A DNA stretch of 64,000 nucleotides, from assembly GCA_963665235.2 (NCBI GenBank), contig CAXXLX010000001.1:1632001-1696000 (forward strand), in the 5' to 3' direction. Each line of letters opens with the position of its first letter. Position 1 is the first letter of the stretch. The notes beneath the pieces were generated by a model that saw only the letters and a program-made list of their open reading frames with translations, made no database searches and was not told the origin of the DNA. The translations under genes were made by a program, and so were the position numbers. Source of the stretch: Candidatus Poribacteria bacterium. Its GTDB lineage: Bacteria > Poribacteria > WGA-4E > WGA-3G. Shown piece after piece: positions 1 through 9,960 of this stretch.

Positions 1-14
1 CTAGGACAGGAGGC

Positions 15-698
15 TTGATGAACGAAAAAATTAACAATTCCCCTGCTTTAGCAGGAAGCGATGTCAAAAACACATGTGCTATTTTCGATTTGGATGGAAC
101 GATTATTCGCTGCTCCTCTGAACAGGTTTTTCTGAAATATTTGTTGAGCCACGGCGAAATTCCGATACCCAATATGTTGGCATGGACATCTAACTTACTG
201 AAAGTGAAGTCTCTTCCCGAGGCGAAGTCCAGCAAAATTTATCTTCGCGGATTAGAGCAGCACCGGCTCTCTGAATTTGCCCGAACCTGCTTTGTGGAAT
301 CAATGCTTCCGAGCATTGCACCGCATATCTCCTATCTGATAGCCGCACACCGCGAGAAAGGCCGCACGGTTATCCTTATGTCCGGTTCGTTGTCGCTCCT
401 CGTCCAGCCGTTTCATGAACATTTTCAAACAGATATCATGGTCGCCCACGAATTGGAGGTAGTCGATGGGAAGTTTACAGGAGAACGGGTTGGGCTGCAC
501 CCTTATGAACAGAACAAAGCCACCCTTGCACAACAGCTTGCAACGACACATGGATTCGATCTGCGCCATTCTTATGCGTATGGTAATCACCACACAGATG
601 CCTACAAATTAGAATTGTTTGGAAACCCGGTTGCAGTCAATCCGGATAGGAAGCTCCGGCGGATAGCAAGAGAGAGAAATTGGCAGATAGAATTATAG
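15..698 (+). CDS. HAD-IB family hydrolase (SerB-like)
   Basis: FDLDGT motif I, MSGS motif II, YAYGN..D motif, PVAVNPD tail. Confidence 0.85.
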   Translation: MMNEKINNSPALAGSDVKNTCAIFDLDGTIIRCSSEQVFLKYLLSHGEIPIPNMLAWTSNLLKVKSLPEAKSSKIYLRGLEQHRLSEFARTCFVESMLPSIAPHISYLIAAHREKGRTVILMSGSLSLLVQPFHEHFQTDIMVAHELEVVDGKFTGERVGLHPYEQNKATLAQQLATTHGFDLRHSYAYGNHHTDAYKLELFGNPVAVNPDRKLRRIARERNWQIEL

Positions 699-719
699 GC
701 AGGAGGTTGTGGAAGAACA

Positions 720-1466
720 GTGCGGCTTGAAAAATACATTGCAACCTCAGGCATCGCTTCTCGGAGAGCAGTTAAGAAGGCTATTCGTGCGGGGTGTGTC
801 ACCGTCAACGGCACACAAGTGTTAATTCCGGGGCATCCCATTGAGCCACAAAAGGATTGTATTATTTTTGAAGGGAGGCAGGTTGAGCCGCTTACAGAGC
901 ATATCTATGTCATGCTGCATAAACCCGCTGGTTATTTGACAACACGGCACGATGAACGGGGCCGCCCTACCGTGATGGATTTGTTACGGGACCTCCCGGA
1001 TACCATCTATCCCGTAGGACGGTTGGATTTGGAAACAGAGGGACTTCTCCTGTTCACAAATGATGGTCAATTTGCCTATCGCTTGACGCATCCGAGCCAT
1101 GAGATAGAGAAAACCTATCTTGCATGGATTGATGGTGTGCCAAGTGCACAAGCTATCGAACAGCTGCGTAGCGGCGTGACTATTCCGAGTGGGAAGACGG
1201 CACCTGCGAAAATTAGACAGTTAGATGTAACAATGAAGCCCATAAGCTCACCTGTGAGAAAAACGTCCAAAGCGCGGCAGATTGCAAAATTTGAAGTGAT
1301 TATTCATGAAGGGAAAAAACGGCAGGTTCGCTTGATGTTTAAGGCGATAGGGCATCCAGTTATCCGCCTAAAACGAATTCGTATCGGTAGGTTAGGATTA
1401 GGCAATCTCCAGCGGGGGCAGTATCGTTCTCTCACCCCCGCGGAAATTGATGGTTTGCGAGATTAA
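720..1466 (+). CDS. rRNA pseudouridine synthase, RsuA/RluB family
   Basis: N-terminal S4 domain (RLEKYIA..GIASRR), VGRLDLETEGLLL catalytic motif, EGKKRQVRLM. Confidence 0.92.
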   Translation: MRLEKYIATSGIASRRAVKKAIRAGCVTVNGTQVLIPGHPIEPQKDCIIFEGRQVEPLTEHIYVMLHKPAGYLTTRHDERGRPTVMDLLRDLPDTIYPVGRLDLETEGLLLFTNDGQFAYRLTHPSHEIEKTYLAWIDGVPSAQAIEQLRSGVTIPSGKTAPAKIRQLDVTMKPISSPVRKTSKARQIAKFEVIIHEGKKRQVRLMFKAIGHPVIRLKRIRIGRLGLGNLQRGQYRSLTPAEIDGLRD

Positions 1467-2485
1467 TTGCCATCCTCAGCAGCCGCAGCTAAATCCTTCG
1501 CGCGTTTCATCATCGCTTCAGCGCGAAGCTTCCACTCTTCATCGGTAGCATGATTTGCTAACTTCTCAAGTATCGGAATCGCTTTGTCAAACTGATTACC
1601 GAAGACGTAGGTTGTACCGAGGTAGTACTGTGCAGGTTCATAAAGACTGTCTTTTGGATAGGTGTCTACGACGAGCTGAAAGTGCGTCAACGCCTTTTGG
1701 AGATTTTCGGTGTTAATCTCTCCGGCCCTGTTTCTCACTTGCTGACCGTAAGTAAGTCCTAGCTCAATGTGCAATTTCGGAATGAGCCCAGTCTCATTTT
1801 TTAGGTCTTTCTCGAATACCTTTTCGGCAATTGGCAGAGCTTTTTCAAGCTCCAGCTCTCCTATATAGAAGAGTGCAAAATGCCCGTTCAGTTTCAGGTC
1901 ATCCGGCATCTTCTTGCTGATTGGCAGTGCTTTTTCGAGCTGTTTGCGTGCCAAATAGAGAATCGCGATTTCGCGGTTCAGTTCCATATCGTCCGGCATC
2001 TTCTTCAGTTTCGCTAATTTTTCTTGGAAATCCGCCTCTGCTTTCAATGCCTCTTCCATAACCGGCGCAAACTTCTCCGGTGGTGCGTAGCCAGAGTGGT
2101 ATTTGATAAGACCGCCATCGGGGCTGACAAATAGGATTGCAGGATATCCTCTCACCCCATATTTTTCCCCTGTTTCCCGATTTATGGGCCGTTCCTCGTC
2201 TTCCGGATTTACCTTGACGGTAATGAACTTCTCGGAGAGAGTAATAACGCGTGCATCCGTAAATGTGTCGGCATCCAGCCGCTTGCACCAGCCTCACCAA
2301 TCTGTATAGAAATCCATCATAACCGGTTTACCGGTCTTCGCTGCTTCTGTCATGCTGTCCTCTATAGACTCTCCCCATTGGACCTCTTCGTTTTCTGCAA
2401 GAACAGGAAGTGATACTGTAAACAGCAAGAAGAGACTGAGCACTGTCAAATAGGGTAAAGCACGGTGAAAAGTGTAATTAAACAT
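1463..2485 (-). CDS. Secreted thioredoxin-fold + TPR protein with in-frame UGA (probable selenocysteine, UxxC)
   Basis: ORFs 2294-2488 and 1463-2155 share one frame. Reading through TGA at 2294-2296 gives DFYTDW-U-GWCKRLD, then RGYP (cis-Pro) and TPR helices. Signal peptide and AAGGAG RBS present. Confidence 0.85.
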
Positions 2486-2638
2486 CAATTTTCTCCTTTT
2501 TCAAATCAATTTAAACAATCAAGTTCGTTCAAGTTTGTTCGTTTTGGGTTTACATTGCAATTAATAAGACGTTGTTTTTGAAGAAAAGTTTACGCTTGGC
2601 ATTAGGCAGGCACACCTACCGTTTAAAATCTTCTATTT

Positions 2639-2750
2639 ACCTGCGGGGAATCGCGTGCGGGTGGAGCGACAGTTAGACGGTTGACTCTATGAGTAAACCG
2701 CAGTTGCTATGAAACCGAAGCCCACGCCTTTAGGCGTTGGGTGCTATCAC
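2639..2750 (+). ncRNA. Orphan TnpB omegaRNA/IS605 right-end-like scaffold, copy 1
   Basis: CTGCGGGGAATC..GTGGAG..GTTAGAC..GAA..CCCACGCC-TTTA-GGCGTTGGG..TCAC resembles the 3' end of tnpB elements. Homologous to 21850-21985. No tnpB ORF adjacent. Confidence 0.65.
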
Positions 2751-2889
2751 ATGCAAGTTTCCACATAGTAGCACAAACTTCCTAGTTTGTGGCCTAAGGG
2801 TGCGAACTAGGTAGTTCACGGTACAATTATCATCATTTTTTGACTAAAATCGGCGTTTCCAAGTCTAAAAATTTATAGGTGGCAACTTA

Positions 2890-3053
2890 ACGTGAGTTTG
2901 GAAAAAATTTTCCCTTAGTATTCCGGCAACCAGCTCGCTCCTTAGGGACGCTATCTTTATAGAAGCAGAGGGACACGCCCCAAATCTTAGTCCCATCGGG
3001 ACGATACCTTTATAGGGGTTAGTGCAAACCGACATTTATTATCAAACTCACGT
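2890..3053. mobile_element. MITE family A, copy 1
   Basis: TIR ACGTGAGTTTG/CAAACTCACGT, flanked by direct repeat CAACTTA. Confidence 0.8.
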
Positions 3054-3062
3054 CAACTTAGG

Positions 3063-4451
3063 TTATTTACCAACGCAGAACTGTGAAAAGATTCGGTCTA
3101 GAATATCCTCCGTTGTTGTTTTACCGACGATATCACCAAGGGCATCCAGGCTAATACGTAGGTCGACAGCGACAAGTTCCGGTGGCATGCTATCTGCTAA
3201 GCTAGCTGTAACATAATCAAGTGCTTCGTGGGCGCGGTGCAGAGCGTCTTGGTGGCGTGCATTTGTCACAATCGGCGATTCGCCAGGGACAAATTGGGGC
3301 CCGAGCAGCTCTTCTCGGATAACCGTTTTCAACGTATCAATACCTTGCCCTTCGGGAATCGCTGTCTGAACGATGCGTTTGTTTGAACAGTAAGCTTGTA
3401 ACGTTGTCGCCTGCGTAACAATAGGCAGGTCAACCTTATTCAAAATAAAGACAGCGTTGTGTGAATCCGCTACTTGCAAGAGTTCTATATCCGCGTCATT
3501 CAACGGTTGAGACGCGTCGAACATGAGCAGTAGGAATTCCGCTGTATTGAGAATGTCTTTACTACGTTGTACGCCTTGCTGTTCAACGGTATTATCTGTT
3601 TTGCGTATGCCTGCGGTATCAATGATATTCATCGGGATGCCGCCGAGGTTAATCGTTTCCTCAATTGTATCGCGCGTCGTGCCGGGGATGTCCGTGACAA
3701 TAGCACGCGCTGTCTGAACGAGTGCATTGAGTAGACTCGATTTCCCGACGTTCGGTTTGCCTAAAATACCGACATTGATCCCCTCCTTGATGATTTTGCC
3801 TTCCGAAGCGGTTTCAAGCAACTGTGTTAAGTCTGCTTGGACTGCTTGTGCCGTTTGGTGTTGGATTTCAACCTTCATAAAATCCAGGTCTTCTTCAGGA
3901 AAGTCGATGGAGGCTTCAATTTCTGCAAGTAAATTGGCAAGTCTGTCGCTGATAGCATTGACGCGTTCTGAAAGTTTGCCGGACAGTGCGTTAATTGCAA
4001 TTTTTCGGCTGAGTTCAGTTTTAGCACCAATGAGTTCAGCAACAGCTTCAGCTTGTGCAAGGTCAAGCCTGCCGTTGAGAAAGGCGCGTTGGGTGAACTC
4101 GCCGGGGGCTGCGAGCCGTGCCCCCGCCTTTATGACCAATTCTAGCACGGCTGTTAGAGGCGTATTGCCTCCATGGCAGTTAAATTCCACGATGTCTTCG
4201 GCGGTGTATGTTTTCGGGGCCCGCATAATGCCGAGGAGCACTTCATCAACAATGTCATTAGATGCGGTTGTATCGATAACATGCCCGTACGTAAGCGTAT
4301 GCGTTGGCAGCTCAGCGGGTGAGACTGCGCGTGGGGACCGGAACAGTTGGCATGCGATAGGAATCGCGAGTGCACCGCTGATGCGTATTATACCGATACC
4401 GCCTTCGCCTCTGGGCGTTGCAATCGCAGCGATGGTATCGTCAAATTTCAT
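3063..4451 (-). CDS. mnmE: tRNA modification GTPase MnmE
   Basis: DTIAAIATPRGEGGIGIIRISG, GKPNVGKSS, DTAG, terminal FCVGK. Confidence 0.98.
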   Translation of the reverse strand: MKFDDTIAAIATPRGEGGIGIIRISGALAIPIACQLFRSPRAVSPAELPTHTLTYGHVIDTTASNDIVDEVLLGIMRAPKTYTAEDIVEFNCHGGNTPLTAVLELVIKAGARLAAPGEFTQRAFLNGRLDLAQAEAVAELIGAKTELSRKIAINALSGKLSERVNAISDRLANLLAEIEASIDFPEEDLDFMKVEIQHQTAQAVQADLTQLLETASEGKIIKEGINVGILGKPNVGKSSLLNALVQTARAIVTDIPGTTRDTIEETINLGGIPMNIIDTAGIRKTDNTVEQQGVQRSKDILNTAEFLLLMFDASQPLNDADIELLQVADSHNAVFILNKVDLPIVTQATTLQAYCSNKRIVQTAIPEGQGIDTLKTVIREELLGPQFVPGESPIVTNARHQDALHRAHEALDYVTASLADSMPPELVAVDLRISLDALGDIVGKTTTEDILDRIFSQFCVGK

Positions 4452-4514
4452 GTCGTCCCCCGTTTGCGCATTTTGTGAGGGTGCTGTCCGTTATTTCACG
4501 AAGGAGTCCCGACC

Positions 4515-5141
4515 TCAATAAGCGTCCTGCCTCGTGATAACCACTCTGCGCATGTCCCCCTCGCCTTGGCTATAGGTTGAAACGGCGGTGTCGTCCTGTA
4601 ATGCAAGGTGGATAACGCGCCGATCTTTCGGGGACATAGGGGCGAGGACGACATCCTGTTGGGTGCGCTTAACTTTTGCTGCGACCTGATTGGCAAGGTC
4701 GACGAGCATCTGCTCGCGTCGTTCCCTGTAGCCTTCCGTGTCCACAAATACCCTTTTCTTCGCAAGTGCGTTTTTGTTGATGATACAGTTAAGAAGACGT
4801 TCGATTGCGTCGAGGGTTTGCCCATGTTTACCGATGAGAAGTGCAGGCGTATCGGTAATCATATTGAGGTGTGTGCTACCTTCGATGAAATTAGATTCTA
4901 TGTCGCTATCAATCCCCATGCGTATCAAAATTTCCTTCAAAATCGTTTCGGGGGCTGTGGCCACATCCTCTTTAAGGGCGGCACTGATTTTTGCGGGTTT
5001 GGCACCGAAATTCAGGATTCCCTTCGTCGGTTCATTGATAATGGTAATGCTGACCTGTTCGCGAGTGGCATTAAGCTGCGTGAGTGCACTCTCAATAGCT
5101 TCTTCAACAGTATCGGCTTCAGTTTCAATATAATTTTGCAA
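4515..5141 (-). CDS. jag: RNA-binding protein Jag/KhpB
   Basis: Jag_N, KH (LIGKHGQTL) and R3H (RRVIH) domains; lies between yidC and mnmE. Confidence 0.95.
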   Translation of the reverse strand: MQNYIETEADTVEEAIESALTQLNATREQVSITIINEPTKGILNFGAKPAKISAALKEDVATAPETILKEILIRMGIDSDIESNFIEGSTHLNMITDTPALLIGKHGQTLDAIERLLNCIINKNALAKKRVFVDTEGYRERREQMLVDLANQVAAKVKRTQQDVVLAPMSPKDRRVIHLALQDDTAVSTYSQGEGDMRRVVITRQDAY

Positions 5142-5234
5142 ACTGCTGCGCTCCTTTTATGCTGTAAGTGAGTGTTCTTTTTCTGGTACAAATTTACAGT
5201 AAAAAATCCACTTGGTGTCCGAAAGGGAAATCGC

Positions 5235-7070
5235 TTATTTGTCGGATTCGCTGGTTTGAGATGTTCTCGTTTGTAAGTATTGTTGGGCTACGGTCAGAAC
5301 GTTGTTACATAACCAATATAACACAAATCCGGATGCCCAGTTATAAAAGATGAAGACGAAGATAAGCGGCATAAATTGCATGATTTTCATCTGTGTGCTG
5401 CTTGTTGTCGGTGTTGCTGTCATGCCCCCGACGAATTTCTGCTGTAGCCATGCTGTAACACCGTTCAGAATCGGCAGAAAACGGATAGCATCTATCTCCA
5501 TAAAGATGAGTGGAATCGTAAACGGAAGTTCGTACAATGTATCCGGTGCCGAGAGGTCATCAATCCAAAATAGAAAAGGCGCGCCTCGTAGCTCAACCGC
5601 ACTTCCAAGCAGAGCAAAAAGTGCCCAGAAAATCGGTATTTGTGGGAGCCACGGGATACAACCGCCTAGCGGGTTCACCCCTTGTTCCTTGTAGATGCGC
5701 ATCGTGGCACGGTGCAGCTTTTGCGGGTTATCCCGGTGTTTTTCCTTCAATTCTGTCAACTGCGGTTGCAATTCCTGCATCTTCTTCATGGAGAGATGCG
5801 CCTTACGAGTTAGTGGATAAGAGATAACCTTGATGAGCGCAGTCAGCAGGATAATTGCAACGCCGTAGTTCTGAAAGACAGTGTGCAACCCTTTGAATAT
5901 CCAAAGCAGTGCCCAGGCAAGAGGCGCGAGGAACCCGAAATCAATAATTTTAGACAGATTGAGCGGAACCTCTGGGGCATTGGGAGCTTCTATCTGTTTT
6001 AGAAGCTCATCATCGTTTGGTCCAATATAGAGCCGGAAGACATGCGTTTCTTGCTGCGCGGGTGTAAGTTCAAACCCCGGTATCAACAAAGCGGCGGTTT
6101 CTGTAGGGGCAGCGATTTGGATGTCTTTTATATTTTCGGTTTTGGCAGTGTCTAGATGATAAATCGCCTCAAGCTGCGGGTCGGGAATCATTAACGCGCT
6201 AAAGTACTGACTGTTGAGACCTGCCCAGAGGACTGTTGCGGAGGCTTGTGCCTCCTTCAATTCTCGGGTAGGTTTTCCTGTACCGACGTAGGTTTTTGCC
6301 CCTTCACTTGTGCGCCGGCCACGTTTGCCACTCCTTCGCTCGTGCGGCAACGGGTCTCCATTAATACCCGGCCCCCAGCGAAGTTGGTAGCCGTAGAATT
6401 GAGCATTTGCAGCCTGTCCTCCCCCTAATCTCAGCGGAGTATTGGAGACATTTTGGAACGTTAATGCCAAGTCCACGAAATACGCATCTGGATAGAAGGT
6501 GAACTGCTTGGCAACCTTCAATCTATCGTCAATTGTCGTGTTGAAGGTCAGTGTCTCTTTTTCTTCTGTGTCCGCGAGTTCAATATCGGATTTATCCGCT
6601 TCCCATTTGGCATTGATTGAATCCAGATGCAGTTTTGAATCCGCAAACTGGAGGGCAAGGCAGCTAAGTGCCGTTTCTGGAATAAGGTTCAGTGGCACAT
6701 CTTTGGTACCATTTGACCGCTCAGCGAACCGCGCAGTCCCCTTTTCTGTTTTTTCTGCCAATTCCCATTTTTTGGCGATGGCAAGTCTTTCGTTAAAGGT
6801 GATGCTATAGGTCGGGGTACGAACATTCACCTTCGGGTCGTCTGGACTTTCCTGAACCGGCGTAAATACGATGTCATCTAGGTTAGGGGAACCTCTTTCT
6901 TCTTCAGCAGAAGGCGTTGGGGGCACCACACTACTAGGGGGGGTGGATGGTTCAGTTATCGAGGGGTCGTTCTGTTCTGGTGTAAGGCGATTGCCGAACA
7001 GCAAACTCCATGCAATCATTACAGCAATCATTAGAACGAGTGCAATGATATAACGTGCTCCCATTTGCAA
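5235..7070 (-). CDS. yidC: Membrane protein insertase YidC
   Basis: NYGVAIILLT, GVNPLGGCIP, WIDDLSAPD, LYWLCNN motifs; synteny. Confidence 0.97.
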   Translation of the reverse strand: MQMGARYIIALVLMIAVMIAWSLLFGNRLTPEQNDPSITEPSTPPSSVVPPTPSAEEERGSPNLDDIVFTPVQESPDDPKVNVRTPTYSITFNERLAIAKKWELAEKTEKGTARFAERSNGTKDVPLNLIPETALSCLALQFADSKLHLDSINAKWEADKSDIELADTEEKETLTFNTTIDDRLKVAKQFTFYPDAYFVDLALTFQNVSNTPLRLGGGQAANAQFYGYQLRWGPGINGDPLPHERRSGKRGRRTSEGAKTYVGTGKPTRELKEAQASATVLWAGLNSQYFSALMIPDPQLEAIYHLDTAKTENIKDIQIAAPTETAALLIPGFELTPAQQETHVFRLYIGPNDDELLKQIEAPNAPEVPLNLSKIIDFGFLAPLAWALLWIFKGLHTVFQNYGVAIILLTALIKVISYPLTRKAHLSMKKMQELQPQLTELKEKHRDNPQKLHRATMRIYKEQGVNPLGGCIPWLPQIPIFWALFALLGSAVELRGAPFLFWIDDLSAPDTLYELPFTIPLIFMEIDAIRFLPILNGVTAWLQQKFVGGMTATPTTSSTQMKIMQFMPLIFVFIFYNWASGFVLYWLCNNVLTVAQQYLQTRTSQTSESDK

Positions 7071-7147
7071 AATTAGATACTCCTATTTTTTTTTTTGTTA
7101 TAAGGTGAAGGCATCGTGCCTTGCACCCGGCCAAATGCTCACGACAT

Positions 7148-7357
7148 TTAGGGAAGCGGGTCAAATCCACCTGGGTGATACGGGTGGCATTTTGATAAAC
7201 GTTTTAGCGTTAACCAGCTGCCTTTCAGGGTTCCGTATCGTGCTAATGCTTGCTGTGCGTAATCCGAACAGGTCGGATGGAAACGACATGTCGGCGGAAA
7301 AAGTGGAGAAATAAAACGGCGATATCCCTGGACCATGTAAAGCATGAAACGGTTCAT
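7148..7357 (-). CDS. yidD: Membrane protein insertion efficiency factor YidD
   Basis: [22 protein letters not shown]; AAGGAG RBS before ATG 7357. Confidence 0.95.
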   Translation of the reverse strand: MNRFMLYMVQGYRRFISPLFPPTCRFHPTCSDYAQQALARYGTLKGSWLTLKRLSKCHPYHPGGFDPLP

Positions 7358-7630
7358 TTTTTCTCCTTTTACAGCAAACACTTGCACTTACAAAACAGGG
7401 CTAAGGCCCGATTTTTTCCTAATATGTACTATAGTTTGGACAATATCCGTGAGGCTGATGCCCGATTTCAAAGCATTTCTCATTTTTCAGTTGTTCACAC
7501 AAATGCAAACAGGAGAAAAATAGACTCCGATGGGTTTTCCAAAGCGCGGCCCCAGCGGGGCGGAATGTTTATAGAATACACAACCCCCTAACCTATAAGC
7601 ACAAAACTTGGAGTGTTACGCATCGGACAC

Positions 7631-7720
7631 TCCGCGTTCTCCGTGTGCTCCGTGCCTTCCGTGATTCAGACAACACACGCCAAATCCACCCTTCCACCCT
7701 TCCAATCTTCCACCCTTCTC
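7631..7720. repeat. Dispersed short-period repeat (9-bp TCCGYGTTY units, GATTCWGACAA, 8-bp CTTCCA units)
   Basis: Related copies at about 9236-9280 and 34834-34922. Confidence 0.65.
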
Positions 7721-7819
7721 TTTGACAAAAACGTTACCCGCTCCTAAAATTGTCCAAAGTTGAGTAATATGTAGGTCGATTTGAACTAGGTGAAACCCGA
7801 CTGGACAGCCTATTATCAA

Positions 7820-8170
7820 TCATCCCGTTCCAAATAGAGAGGCACGTTGGAATAGTTCGTATAATTTGTCCCGCGCTTGCTGCCCTGTGAGTTGTCCTGC
7901 TGGCGTTCTGCCGACAACAACAATATCGTACTGGGACAGCAGTTTCGGGCTTAGCACGCGAAACGCTTCACGAATTAATCTTTTGACACGATTCCGCTGA
8001 ACACTTTTGCCTACCTTTTTACTAACGGTTATCCCCAAACGGGACTGCTCCAACTGTGTTTGGCAGACATAGATTACAAAGTAGGCATTCCAATACTTTT
8101 TCCCTTTTTTATAGACTCTCTGAAATTCCCAAGACTTTTTCAACCTATGGGGATGTGGTCGGTACGGCAT
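7820..8170 (-). CDS. rnpA: Ribonuclease P protein component
   Basis: RLGITVSKKVGKSVQRNRVKRLIRE (RNR motif). Confidence 0.97.
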   Translation of the reverse strand: MPYRPHPHRLKKSWEFQRVYKKGKKYWNAYFVIYVCQTQLEQSRLGITVSKKVGKSVQRNRVKRLIREAFRVLSPKLLSQYDIVVVGRTPAGQLTGQQARDKLYELFQRASLFGTG

Positions 8171-8252
8171 AGTATAAAGACTTATTCGGCGTAGGACCGG
8201 GAACGACTTTCATGAGTCGCTATACCCGTCTACAGCAAATCCCGTTAGTGCC

Positions 8253-8765
8253 TCAATTGATGTAGAGATACTTTTTCCACGATGGATGGTACCCCCGAAA
8301 ATGACGGTTGAGCTGCAAGTACGTCAAGATTGAAGGCGTTTTCGGCAACCGTTCCAATGTGAACTGTGTCTCATAAAGCATCTGATTCCCTTTTTTGTTA
8401 TTGCATCGCTTACAGGCAGCGACAACGTTCTCCCACGTCGTTTTTCCGCCACGAGACAGCGGGATAACATGGTCAAGCGTAAGCATCCCAGCCGAGAATT
8501 CCTTACGACAATATTGACATGTATGTTGGTCGCGCACTAAGACATTTTTCCGGGAAAATTTGACAACACTCCGCGGCACATGCACGTAGTTTACCAATCG
8601 AATGACATGTGGTACTTTAACAACGGTCGTTGGCGACTGAATTTCTGCTTCAGACACCTCCTCTGTTTGCGCTGTCCCTTTGAAGACCATTTTCAGGGCA
8701 CGCCTGACGTTGCAAACGTTGATTGCTTCATAACTCGCGTTCAGTACCAAAACTGTGACTTCCAA
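8253..8765 (-). CDS. HNH endonuclease (McrA-like)
   Basis: VLVLNASYE, RDQHTCQYC, TLDHVIPLSRGG, CKRCNNKK. Confidence 0.93.
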   Translation of the reverse strand: MEVTVLVLNASYEAINVCNVRRALKMVFKGTAQTEEVSEAEIQSPTTVVKVPHVIRLVNYVHVPRSVVKFSRKNVLVRDQHTCQYCRKEFSAGMLTLDHVIPLSRGGKTTWENVVAACKRCNNKKGNQMLYETQFTLERLPKTPSILTYLQLNRHFRGYHPSWKKYLYIN

Positions 8766-8985
8766 TTGTCCATCCTCCTACAAGCAAGACATCCACATTT
8801 TACTTATATATTTTAACACATCTGCACGGGAATTGCAACTAAAAATCTTTATCCGTTTTACGTTGCGTTGGCGATTGAAGATTTTTGACTGCTGTGGCAT
8901 TTTCACTCTCACCATTTCACAGAAAAGTGTTATAATACATGAAAGAATGTCTTTTGTCCTATGTTTGGACGATTTCATATATATA

Positions 8986-9137
8986 ACGTGAGCTTGATAA
9001 TAAATATCCGTTTGCTCTAAACCTTTTTCATCGCGAAAAAAGCGGTATAATTGTAGCATAAACTTCCTAGTTTGTGCTGTTTTTTGCTAAAACTACCACA
9101 GAACGCTCTAGGTCAAAACTTTTTTTCAAACTCGCGT
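8986..9137. mobile_element. MITE family A, copy 2 (carries one REP-like hairpin)
   Basis: ACGTGAGCTTG...CAAACTCGCGT, with TATATA flanks on both sides. Confidence 0.8.
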
Positions 9138-9308
9138 TATATATAGTAAAGCATATAATTATTGGGACATTTCGTAGCACAAAGTGAATCCCTAAAGTCG
9201 TAATCACAAAACTTCGATTTTTACACATCTTAAAATCCGCGTCCTCTGTGTTCTCCGCGCTAATCCGCGATTCTGACAATCCCTGCAACAAAAACTTTAC
9301 ACACCCTC

Positions 9309-9338
9309 TTGACAGAACAGTGCCAATTTTGTTAAAAT
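9309..9338 (+). promoter_or_regulatory. sigma70-type promoter
   Basis: TTGACA-18 bp-TAAAAT with TG extension, upstream of the STAS gene. Confidence 0.55.
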
Positions 9339-9480
9339 AGAAACATATTGAATTTGGTATACGAAACGAGCGAACTATTTCGCTATATAAGTTGAATACT
9401 CGAAACTTTCCGCTAGCACCCTGAAATGGGCTACGTCAAATCGGGTGCAGGGAAGAAAATTGAAAAGGAGAAATGGATAA

Positions 9481-9834
9481 ATGTTAGCTGAGATACGTCA
9501 GAGAGAAGGTGTCATTGTCATTCGACCCACGGGACGCATGATTGGGGCTGCTAATGCAGAAATTAGACAACAAATTAACGAGGAACTTGAGGAATATTTC
9601 GATACACCTAAAGTTCTCTTTAACCTCGATGATGTCACCCGGATGGACAGTAGCGGCCTAGGCACGCTTGTTTCCGTGCACGTGACCGTCTCAAAGAAAG
9701 GCGGGCGTACGGGCCTCGTCAACGCCGGGGCACATATTCGGAACCTTCTTGTCCTCGGTCGGTTAATTACCGTTTTCGAGAGCTACGATACTGAGGAAGA
9801 GGCAATCCTGGCGATGAGCTCGGACGAGAGTTAG
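9481..9834 (+). CDS. STAS-domain anti-sigma factor antagonist
   Basis: NLDDVTRMDSSGLGTLV motif, 117 aa. Confidence 0.9.
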   Translation: MLAEIRQREGVIVIRPTGRMIGAANAEIRQQINEELEEYFDTPKVLFNLDDVTRMDSSGLGTLVSVHVTVSKKGGRTGLVNAGAHIRNLLVLGRLITVFESYDTEEEAILAMSSDES

Positions 9835-9960
9835 CGGACGGCATCACGTGTATCATAATCTTTTCTGTCACGCTGACGCATCCCGCCCAGCCAAACCTGT
9901 GTGGTGCATGCCCCGCGTGCCGAAATAACAAGACTACTGCAACTAAGGTGAAGGAGATTC

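Noticed and set aside
3523-7053. Long antisense ORFs over mnmE, jag and yidC (and similar ones elsewhere)
   Set aside because: Shadow frames of well-supported genes with no recognisable motifs
8766-9480. Possible oriC next to the rnpA-mnmE cluster
   Set aside because: No dnaA gene or DnaA-box cluster seen; the region is explained by a MITE and promoters
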